In this document: positions 18,531-26,805 of the stretch, one piece after another
Position numbering within the stretch: the stretch's first letter is position 1
How the letters are laid out: the number at the start of each line of letters is the position of its first letter
Origin: Lachnospiraceae bacterium
Lineage (GTDB): Bacteria; Bacillota; Clostridia; Lachnospirales; Lachnospiraceae
Length of the DNA stretch: 64,000 bases
Direction: 5' to 3'
NCBI GenBank assembly: GCA_024403355.1
Contig: JAKSRW010000012.1
Span: 16,797-80,796 of the forward strand
Made by a program: the position numbers and the translations under genes
The notes under the pieces: generated by a model
Database searches by the model: none
What the model saw: only the letters and a program-made list of their open reading frames with translations
Told to the model about the DNA's origin: nothing

Positions 18531-18780
18531 ATTCCTCCTAATGCAACGAATGCAATGAGTTGCTCATGGAGTAGATTGGTGCGCTTTTTGCACCAATCTT
18601 GCAGTTTGAAAATTTATTTTCAAACTTAACCTCATGCTAAGAGCGTAGCGATTAGCTAATGGTTTAGATTGGTGCGCTTTTTGCACCAATCTCGCAGTTT
18701 GAAAATTCATTTTCAAACTTTAACCTCCGACTAAGAGCATAACAATTAGCTAATGCTTGATATTGGTGCTTTTTCATGCA
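18531..18780. repeat. Two tandem copies of the compound-palindrome repeat; it contains TGAAAAT-N-ATTTTCA, an Lrp/AsnC-operator-like palindrome
   Basis: GTTTGAAAATTTATTTTCAAAC at 18604-18625 and GTTTGAAAATTCATTTTCAAAC at 18705-18726. AGATTGGTGCGCTTTTTGCACCAATCT hairpins. A leading TCCTCCTAATGCAACGAATGCAATGA motif. Confidence 0.6.
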
Positions 18781-18818
18781 GATTTACCGGCCTACGCCCT
18801 CTTCTGTAAATCCGCTGA

Positions 18819-20114
18819 TTAATAAAGCCTTGCCAGCGCAGCATCGAATTCCTTCTTTGCGGCTTCAACATCGATAGTTGTATAAATTCCGTTATCATAG
18901 AGAATATTTCCGTCTACCATTGTCATGATGACATCCGAACCCTGCGCCGAATATACCAGCAGATTCAGAATATCAAATGCAGGATACATATGGGGCGCAT
19001 CCATTGAGACTGCGATAATATCTGCCTTTTTGCCAACCTTCAGCTCTCCCGTATCCTTTCTTCCGAGCGCCTTTGCACCATTGACGGTAGCCATTTTCAG
19101 GATGGTTTCTGCAGGGGTAACGGTAGGATCAAGTACCGTAGGCTTTGAAATCATTGCGGCCATATGAAGCTCTTCAAACATATTCAGGTTATTATTGCTT
19201 GCCACACCGTCTGTACCGATAGCCAGATTCACACCCTTTGAAAGCATCAGGGGTACGCGTGCAAAGCCGGATGCCAGCTTACAGTTGCTGGCGGGATTAT
19301 GTACTGCAGTGGTTTTTTTTGCAGCCATTATTTCCATATCTTCATCAGTTACCCATACACAGTGCGCCGCATAAACCTGCTCATCCAAAAGTCCGCATTT
19401 ATCCAGATACTGAATCGGTGTGAGCCCGCCATGGCGCTCCATGCACTCCTCATGCTCCTTTTTAGTCTCGGAAACATGAATGTTTACAGTCTTGTGAAGA
19501 GAGGAATTTGCCTCTGCGATTCTTCTGACAAAGGCCTCATTTGTGAGATATTCCGAATGCAGACAGAACTCTGCCTGTACTCGTCCGCTCTCATCCTTCC
19601 AGTTGTTTACGAATTCCACGCACTCATCAAATCTGTGAGGCGGAATCTCAGCCTTATCGGAAAATGCCAGACCCACACGGCAGATATTTGCCTTCATGCC
19701 CGCTGCCTTCAGCACCCCGCCGCTCGCATAAGGGAAATCATACATCTCCGAAACAAGTGTTGTACCGCTTCGAAGCATTTCTATAACAGCCCATTTCTCG
19801 CCCGCTGCGATGTCCTCAGGCTTCATTTTGTCTTCCACAGGGAAAATGGCCTTATTCAGCCAGTCCTGAAGCGCAAGTCCGCTGCCTGCACCTCTCAGAA
19901 GTGTCATCGGTCCGTGGCCGTGCGCATTTACCAGTCCGGGCATCAGAATTGCGCCCTTCATATCACGCACCTCGTCATAAGTGCTTTCATCAGCCTCGCA
20001 GCCGATATAGTCTATAATATCATCATTTATGCCAACCGCGCCGTTCTTAATTACCTCAAAAGCTCCGTTATCATCAGTCGACACTACCATTGCATTCTTT
20101 AACAGTCTCTTCAT
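18819..20114 (-). CDS. amidohydrolase, 5-methylthioadenosine/S-adenosylhomocysteine deaminase-like (MtaD / chlorohydrolase family)
   Basis: Metal-binding HGH motif near the N-terminus (GLVNAHGHGPM), plus downstream H and D ligands typical of the family. Confidence 0.75.
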   Translation of the reverse strand: MKRLLKNAMVVSTDDNGAFEVIKNGAVGINDDIIDYIGCEADESTYDEVRDMKGAILMPGLVNAHGHGPMTLLRGAGSGLALQDWLNKAIFPVEDKMKPEDIAAGEKWAVIEMLRSGTTLVSEMYDFPYASGGVLKAAGMKANICRVGLAFSDKAEIPPHRFDECVEFVNNWKDESGRVQAEFCLHSEYLTNEAFVRRIAEANSSLHKTVNIHVSETKKEHEECMERHGGLTPIQYLDKCGLLDEQVYAAHCVWVTDEDMEIMAAKKTTAVHNPASNCKLASGFARVPLMLSKGVNLAIGTDGVASNNNLNMFEELHMAAMISKPTVLDPTVTPAETILKMATVNGAKALGRKDTGELKVGKKADIIAVSMDAPHMYPAFDILNLLVYSAQGSDVIMTMVDGNILYDNGIYTTIDVEAAKKEFDAALARLY

Positions 20115-20420
20115 ACTAATAAACCATGCCTTTCTTCCTGCACCGCAAACTTTGAAGCATCAGCCGCAAATTTGCGTGTATAAAATCAGGGGCAAATACT
20201 TTTGTCCCTTACATCATATGATATATTAAAAGCCCCTGCCAGTCAATAGCGTGCAGGCACCAGCGGCCTCCCCATTCCCTTCAGACCCTTCCGCTCAAAG
20301 CGTTCCGTAAAACCTTCACAAACATTTCATCATTTGTTCTATTGAAATAAAACCGTAGTCGGTGTAAGATAAATACTGCATATACTATTAATATTTTCAG
20401 AAAGGTCTGTTGGTAAATAT

Positions 20421-20840
20421 ATGTCTGAATTATTCTCAAGGAAAATGACTTTTACATTAAACGAGAAGGATCAGCGAAATGTACGAATCCTCTTCATATG
20501 CAGAATCATACTCTGGTGCATAGCCTTTGCAGGCTTTGTTTACTGGGCATACTGGTCCTTTGAATTATACCATGAGGGTATCTGGGATGAGCATGATTAC
20601 GCCACTATCCTGCGCCCCATTCTGGCAAAGGGTATGCTGATTTCGATAGTATCAATCGTTATCAGCTTTATTCTTCGCAAAATCAGTGATATGATCAAAT
20701 ACCGCGCCGAGCAGGAAATTCTGGCCGGCGAGACTGTTCTCGTGAATCCCGAGCTTCTGGCAAAGGAAGAGAACCGCACGGCAACAGGCGCTAAGCCTAA
20801 CAAATATTCAAAAACAAAAAAATTGCAGATGAAGGACTAA
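20421..20840 (+). CDS. small membrane protein
   Basis: Two TM helices. Confidence 0.45.
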   Translation: MSELFSRKMTFTLNEKDQRNVRILFICRIILWCIAFAGFVYWAYWSFELYHEGIWDEHDYATILRPILAKGMLISIVSIVISFILRKISDMIKYRAEQEILAGETVLVNPELLAKEENRTATGAKPNKYSKTKKLQMKD

Positions 20841-20842
20841 TC

Positions 20843-21550
20843 ATGGACGATAACGAAAAAAAGAAGCAGCGTATCATTACCCTCATTTGTATAGGAATCG
20901 CAGTAATTCTGATAGGTCTGGCATGCTGGTTTATAGGTATTCCTTTGCTGAAAATGGCCAGGGAGCCCGAAGAGTTTCGTGCCTGGATAGAAGGTCTGGG
21001 CTTCTGGGGTCCCATTGCTTATATCGGACTGGTGGTATCGCAGATACTTATCGCATTCATGCCGGGTGAACCCTTTGAACTGGTGGCCGGCTACGCTTTC
21101 GGTGCCTTGCAGGGTACGGTACTGTGCTTTATAGGAGAAGCCCTCGGAAGCATCATCGTACTGCTTCTGGTAAGAAAATACGGTATTAAGCTGCTCGAAA
21201 TATTCTTCCAAAAGGAAAAGATTGAGAGCCTGAAAATTCTTCAGACCTCAGAAAAGCGCACCATGCTGTTTACCATTCTTTTCCTGGTCCCCGGCACTCC
21301 CAAGGACCTGCTTTGTTACTTCGCAGGACTTACGGACATCCCCATGCCCCTGTTAATGTTCATCTGCATAGTATGCCGTTTTCCTTCCATCATTACCTCC
21401 ACCGCAGGCGGAAGTGCTATAAATGAAGGTAAATATCTGCAGGCGCTGATAATTTTCCTGGTAACTTTGGCTGTCAGCATCGGCGGCGTGCTGCTCTATA
21501 ATAAATTTACCCAAAAACGAAATTCTGAAAAGACACAAAATAATGACTGA
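20843..21550 (+). CDS. TVP38/TMEM64 (DedA-related) family membrane protein
   Basis: Multi-TM protein with a conserved …LVPGTPKDLLCYFAGLT… segment. Confidence 0.7.
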   Translation: MDDNEKKKQRIITLICIGIAVILIGLACWFIGIPLLKMAREPEEFRAWIEGLGFWGPIAYIGLVVSQILIAFMPGEPFELVAGYAFGALQGTVLCFIGEALGSIIVLLLVRKYGIKLLEIFFQKEKIESLKILQTSEKRTMLFTILFLVPGTPKDLLCYFAGLTDIPMPLLMFICIVCRFPSIITSTAGGSAINEGKYLQALIIFLVTLAVSIGGVLLYNKFTQKRNSEKTQNND

Positions 21551-21652
21551 TAAGCTAAGCGGTTACGAGTTTTGAAGCTAAAAAAAGGCCGGGTTAATAC
21601 CCGGCCTCAATTAACTCATATTCAATTATCAGTGACCTCTGTCAGCGGCATA

Positions 21653-22954
21653 TTAGCCTGCGAATGACATCTTACGGGCCACTCTGTCCTCGTCCTCATC
21701 ATCGCTTACCTTTTCAATCTGAGCACCGAGACTCTTAAGCTTAACCTCGAATTCCTCATAACCACGCTCGATATACTCTACCTGCTCAACTGTACTGAAG
21801 CCCTCAGCCACAAGTCCCGCGATAACAAGCGCAGCACCGGCTCTGAGGTCGGGTGAACAGATTGTAGCTCCCGTAAGCTTGCTTACACCGGTGATAATGG
21901 CGATATTGCCTTCAACCTTGATGCTTGCGCCCATTCTGGTGAGCTCATCCACGTACTTGAAACGATTATCGAAAATATTCTCCGTAACGGTACTTGTACC
22001 ATTGCTTAATGCCAGAAGTGTAGTCATCTGAGGCTGCATATCTGTAGGGAAACCGGGATATGCAAAGGTCTTAATCTGAGCACTTGTAAGTCTCTCTGTA
22101 GCAACTACTCTTACCGAATCATCGTTCTCTATAACCTCGGCACCAATCTCTGTAAGCTTGGCTGTAATAGCCTCAAGGTGCTTGGGAATTACATTTTTGA
22201 TAAGTAAATCGCCCTTTGTGGCAGCTGCTGCCATCATAAAGGTGCCCGCCTCAATCTGGTCGGGAATAACTGCGTAGGTGCTTCCGTGAAGCTTCTCTAC
22301 ACCGCGAATTTTGATAACGTCTGTACCTGCACCCTTGATATTTGCGCCCATGCTGTTAAGGAAGTTCGCAACATCAACGATATGGGGCTCCTTAGCGACA
22401 TTCTCAAGAATAGTCATACCGGGTGTGAGTGAAGCTGCCAGCATAACATTAATTGTAGCACCGACAGATACAATATCGAAGAAGATATGGCTTCCCTTAA
22501 GCTCTGTAGCCTCTGCGGTAAAAATTCCGCCGTAGGTAATCTCTACCTTTGCACCAAGCTGTCTGAAGCCCTTAATATGCTGCTCTACAGGACGGCTTCC
22601 GATATTACATCCACCGGGAAGCGGAACCTGTGCCTGCTTATATTTTCCAAGAAGTGCTCCGAGAAGATAGTATGAACCTCTCATTCTTCTCATGTTCTCA
22701 TCCTCAACGATGGAACGGCACATCGAACCAACAATTCTTACTGTATGTTTGTCAATTCTGTCAACAATGGCACCCATATTCCTGATAGCATCCAGCATTA
22801 CATTGATATCCCACACATCAGGCAGGTTTTCAATGGTTACAGGCTCATCTGTCATAATGGCTGCAGCTACGATACCGAGTGCTGCATTCTTCGCACCATT
22901 TATTATAACATCTCCGGCGAGAGGCTTCCCGCCTTTAATAACATACTTGCTCAT
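21653..22954 (-). CDS. murA: UDP-N-acetylglucosamine 1-carboxyvinyltransferase
   Basis: 433 aa. N-terminal MSKYVIKGGKPLAGDVIINGAKNAAL… is canonical for MurA. Confidence 0.88.
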   Translation of the reverse strand: MSKYVIKGGKPLAGDVIINGAKNAALGIVAAAIMTDEPVTIENLPDVWDINVMLDAIRNMGAIVDRIDKHTVRIVGSMCRSIVEDENMRRMRGSYYLLGALLGKYKQAQVPLPGGCNIGSRPVEQHIKGFRQLGAKVEITYGGIFTAEATELKGSHIFFDIVSVGATINVMLAASLTPGMTILENVAKEPHIVDVANFLNSMGANIKGAGTDVIKIRGVEKLHGSTYAVIPDQIEAGTFMMAAAATKGDLLIKNVIPKHLEAITAKLTEIGAEVIENDDSVRVVATERLTSAQIKTFAYPGFPTDMQPQMTTLLALSNGTSTVTENIFDNRFKYVDELTRMGASIKVEGNIAIITGVSKLTGATICSPDLRAGAALVIAGLVAEGFSTVEQVEYIERGYEEFEVKLKSLGAQIEKVSDDEDEDRVARKMSFAG

Positions 22955-23110
22955 TTATAATCTCCATCCTCTGTACAACAAACAGTTCGCAGAGTACTGT
23001 TCTTTTTTAGGGTATAGTTCGCCTAAAGGCGCACTTCAATAAATTGCATTATAGCATTTTGTGAACTTTTTGTAAACCCCTATTTTGAACAGGCTTTTAT
23101 GGCCATTCTT

Positions 23111-23449
23111 TTATACCGAAAATGAAATATCTATCTCATTCTTCAGACGCTGTCCGCCCTTTGATTCTACCGCTCTTGTAACATGAAGCGTATAGGTTTC
23201 ACCCTGAACATAAGCCTCCGTGGGCTCGATTTCTATGGTATGCGCTTCCGCATCGTAGGATATTCTGGTGTTCAGCTTCTTTCCGTTTGCCCCGATCACC
23301 GAAAGATTCTGGTTATTAACGGTCGCGGGATTCAGGGCTATATTGAACATTACCTTCCATACAAACACGCCTGTCCTAAACTTCAAATCCTGCTTTACCT
23401 TATTCGAGTATCCCTCCGATACTGATTTTATATCAAGATATTCGCTCAA
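23111..23449 (-). CDS. hypothetical Ig-like (Big-type) domain protein
   Basis: 112 aa, beta-rich. Lies 15 nt downstream of the 841-aa gene. Confidence 0.4.
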   Translation of the reverse strand: MSEYLDIKSVSEGYSNKVKQDLKFRTGVFVWKVMFNIALNPATVNNQNLSVIGANGKKLNTRISYDAEAHTIEIEPTEAYVQGETYTLHVTRAVESKGGQRLKNEIDISFSV

Positions 23450-23464
23450 CTTTTTACTTCTCCT

Positions 23465-25990
23465 TTAGATGTCCTCCGAAATATCCTCCGCCAGAACAAC
23501 ATTATCCTGCTTATGCTCGCCGCCCTCCATGGTCATCTTTATAAAGGCCTTGGCATTACGCTGTTCAACACTGTCAATTACCTTTGCAATATACTTCTCG
23601 GTTCTTGCAAGTCCGCCTTCTTCCGTTGCCCTGCAAATGCATCTGATTCTCTTGGTAAGGAGCTCATAGGCTGCATTTTCCATCTGAAGTCCGGCCTTCT
23701 CAAGCTTGTATTCAGCAAGTCTTAACAAATCATCCTGTCCGAAATTCGGGATGGTAATTCTAAGCGTGAAGGCTTCATTAAGGCTTGTATTGCCCTTGAA
23801 AATTTCAGAAAGATTTCTTCTGTAATCCATCAGTACAATGGATGCCGAATCGCCGTACTTCTTACAGATATCAGTTATTTCAGCGGTGGCCTTGGCCGAA
23901 AGATTTCCTGCTCTGTCTACCGCAAAGCAGCGGCTTACAAGCTTGGGCGCTCGGTCTGTAATGCTGATTTCGTTTACCTTTGCGGCATCTGTCCAGATAA
24001 TGGGTGTATTTCCCAGAATACCGGCGGTCTTCATAATGCCCGAAAGTCCGTTAACAATTACCTTCTTGCCGGCGCCTCTTTCTCCGAATACGCAGTAGCT
24101 GATGCTGCCGCCCTTTGGATTAAGGATTGCCTCAAGCACGCCAAGCAGCTGTCCCGCAATTTCAGGCTGATATGCAAAGAAACCGAAATAGCGCTCCATG
24201 GTGGTTCTGGTTTCGTTAAAGAAGGCTGCTACGCAGCTGTTCGGTCTGGGTTCAATCGGCGCAAGCTTTTCCGACCTGTGAATTTCATGCTCTGAATTCG
24301 CTGTGCGCGGTCTGTTATCCTCGTCAAAAATCGCACCGACCAGGGATGCGAGATATTCCTCTTCGCTGCTTTTGGGCTGTTCAGGCGCTGCCTTTTGGCG
24401 CTCTTCCGCCTCCGTCTCTGCTTCAGCACGCTTTTCAGCCTCTGTCTGCGCACGCTCTTCTTCCTTACGGCGCTCTTCAGCCTCAATCTCAGCTCGCTTT
24501 TCTGCCTCTGTCTGTGCACGCTCTTCTTCGGCTCTTCGGCGCTCCTCTGCCTCAATCTCAGCTCGCTTCTCTGCCTCTGTCTGTGCACGCTCTTCTTCGG
24601 CTCTTCGGCGCTCTTCTGCCTCTCTTTCGGTGCGGTGCTGCTCTACCTCAAGCTGGCGCTGGCGCTGCTTCTCGCGCTTACGCTCACGGCGGCTCTTTTT
24701 ATCATTCTTATTATGCGCTGCGGGCTCATTCAATGAACCAAGCTCACGTTCAACCACCTCAAGCAAGGCTGAATTGTGGCTCTCCTCCGCAGGCTCTTCG
24801 GCCACAGCATCTAAAACTCCGGTCCATATCTTAATGTCATCATCAGCAGCCTTTTTATTATCGTCTGCGGCTCCGGCTAAAGCGCTTTTTTCATTATCCT
24901 TTACGCCGGCCTCAGCCTGATTCTGCTGCCTGCTTCTATCCCTGTCATTGACCGTAACGGGTCTGTTAGCCAGCTCATTTTCTTCTCTGAGCGCAGCCTC
25001 TACAGCCTTTGCTATATCATCGTCTGTCAGCTCACCGCTAACGCTTCCAAGCATCTCCTCAACAGTAGCCGCAGATTTGGGCTCTGCCGCTTTCTCAGTG
25101 GGCTCAGGCTGCTTTGTGTCTGCTGCAGCCACAGCCGCATTTTGCTCTGCCCCGGCATTCTTCATTTCCTCTGCCTGCTCCTTAGCTTCTATCTCAGCCA
25201 GCGCCTCCTTGGTGATCCAGCCGCCCGCAGCAAGCTTTGTCTCGCCCATATTCTGCTCAGGTCCGGCCTCTGCCTGCATTGCCTCCCTGCGCTCACGGCG
25301 TCTTGCGCGGCGTTCCTCCTCGGCAGCCTTCTTTGCCGCCTCCTCATCATTATTTTCCTGAGGAACAGGCTTTACAAGCTTGTCCGCAACAGTCTTTTCA
25401 GACATTTCCTTAAAGGTCAGCTCACCCTTATAATATGCCTTAAGAGCCTTCGCACGCTCCACAAATTCACCGTCGCCAAACCAGAGAATAACCTCATCAC
25501 AGATGCTTACACACTTATCAACCTCACCCATCTTGTGATATACCTTCGCAAGCTCATAGCCCCAGTTATCAAAAAACTCGGCATCCTTCAAAGCCTCAAG
25601 GCTGGCCGCAAGCTCCTCAAGAGGCTTATTCTTCAGACGGTCAATCTTGTATCTGAAAATATAATTGTAATAGTCCCCGGCAGCAAGCTCCTTATACTCC
25701 TTATAGTATTCTTCAGCCTCATCTGCCTGCTTAAGTCTGATGGAAAGATTTACAAGCTCCATAACAACACGGCGGCTCTTCTGACGCTCATACATAATTT
25801 CAAAGCATTCCTTGGCCTTGCTCAGCATACCGTTATGAAGATAGACCTGTGCCAGAACGCTGCAGTCAAAATTTCCCTTGATTTTTCTGGGATCCATTCC
25901 GTCAGTCAGTTCAAGAGCCTCCTCATTTCTGCCCTGACGCAGCATCTCCCTGATTTCCTCGATTTTTACGTAGTTCTTATACTTGTCCAT
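23465..25990 (-). CDS. TPR-repeat protein with a central charged tandem-repeat region and a C-terminal domain bearing a degenerate P-loop (SpoVK/CbbX-like?)
   Basis: N-terminal TPRs. 23-aa repeats RAEIEAEERRRAEEERAQTEAEK. GERGAGKKV in place of a Walker A motif. Confidence 0.6.
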   Translation of the reverse strand: MDKYKNYVKIEEIREMLRQGRNEEALELTDGMDPRKIKGNFDCSVLAQVYLHNGMLSKAKECFEIMYERQKSRRVVMELVNLSIRLKQADEAEEYYKEYKELAAGDYYNYIFRYKIDRLKNKPLEELAASLEALKDAEFFDNWGYELAKVYHKMGEVDKCVSICDEVILWFGDGEFVERAKALKAYYKGELTFKEMSEKTVADKLVKPVPQENNDEEAAKKAAEEERRARRRERREAMQAEAGPEQNMGETKLAAGGWITKEALAEIEAKEQAEEMKNAGAEQNAAVAAADTKQPEPTEKAAEPKSAATVEEMLGSVSGELTDDDIAKAVEAALREENELANRPVTVNDRDRSRQQNQAEAGVKDNEKSALAGAADDNKKAADDDIKIWTGVLDAVAEEPAEESHNSALLEVVERELGSLNEPAAHNKNDKKSRRERKREKQRQRQLEVEQHRTEREAEERRRAEEERAQTEAEKRAEIEAEERRRAEEERAQTEAEKRAEIEAEERRKEEERAQTEAEKRAEAETEAEERQKAAPEQPKSSEEEYLASLVGAIFDEDNRPRTANSEHEIHRSEKLAPIEPRPNSCVAAFFNETRTTMERYFGFFAYQPEIAGQLLGVLEAILNPKGGSISYCVFGERGAGKKVIVNGLSGIMKTAGILGNTPIIWTDAAKVNEISITDRAPKLVSRCFAVDRAGNLSAKATAEITDICKKYGDSASIVLMDYRRNLSEIFKGNTSLNEAFTLRITIPNFGQDDLLRLAEYKLEKAGLQMENAAYELLTKRIRCICRATEEGGLARTEKYIAKVIDSVEQRNAKAFIKMTMEGGEHKQDNVVLAEDISEDI
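24400..24640. repeat. ~3.5 tandem copies of a 69-nt coding repeat inside the 23465-25990 gene
   Basis: Direct DNA repeat encoding the 23-aa EAE/RRA-rich unit. Confidence 0.7.
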
Positions 25991-26023
25991 TAAATCATGC
26001 CTTTCCTTTTATCAACCTCTTAA

Positions 26024-26734
26024 TCATTTCTGCAAATACAGCTCACTGAGTGTTTTGCAGCCTCTTTCCGCAAGCAGCGCATTCTTCTCTCCGTAGGCTG
26101 TGCAGCGTCCCTGCTCCATAATGCAGATATGGGTGCTGATTCGCTCAACCTCTTCCATATAGTGGCCTACGTAGATAATGGCTGTACCGGCCGCACGCAG
26201 TCCCTCGATTGCCGAAAGAATCTGATTTCCGGACTGGATATCAATACCTGTCGTGGGCTCATCCAGCACCACAAGTCCGGGACGGTGCAGAAGGGCAACG
26301 CCTATATTGAGTCTTCGCTTCATACCGCCCGAATACTCGCTGACGCGCTTTTTAAGCATTTTCTCATCGAAGGAAATAATCCCGCATACTCTCTTAATTT
26401 CATCCTTGAGACTGTCTGCGGGAACTCCGTAGCTTTTGCCCCAGAACTTCAGATTATCAAGTCCGTTCAAGGTTTCGTAGAGGGCAATATCCTGCGGAAC
26501 CAGACCCAGTCTTTTTCTAATTGCGGAAGGATTTTCAACGATATCGCTGCCCTCAAAAAGAATTTTTCCCGAATCAGGCTTAATAAGTGTGGATATCATA
26601 CTGATGGTTGTCGATTTTCCGGCACCGTTTGCACCGATTATACCCAGAGTCTGCCCTGCCTCCAGCTTAAATGACAGGTTCGATACAACCTCTGTATTCT
26701 TATATTTTTTTGTAACATTTATTAATTCAAGCAT
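26024..26734 (-). CDS. ABC transporter ATP-binding protein
   Basis: Walker A motif GANGAGKST, ABC signature YSGGMKRRL, Walker B motif VVLDEPT. Confidence 0.85.
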   Translation of the reverse strand: MLELINVTKKYKNTEVVSNLSFKLEAGQTLGIIGANGAGKSTTISMISTLIKPDSGKILFEGSDIVENPSAIRKRLGLVPQDIALYETLNGLDNLKFWGKSYGVPADSLKDEIKRVCGIISFDEKMLKKRVSEYSGGMKRRLNIGVALLHRPGLVVLDEPTTGIDIQSGNQILSAIEGLRAAGTAIIYVGHYMEEVERISTHICIMEQGRCTAYGEKNALLAERGCKTLSELYLQK

Positions 26735-26805
26735 ATTTACTTACCATGCCTCCCGTTTGTATTGCTTAGCAGCCCCTCCTGAGGCCGCATTTTTGCCCGG
26801 CTTTA

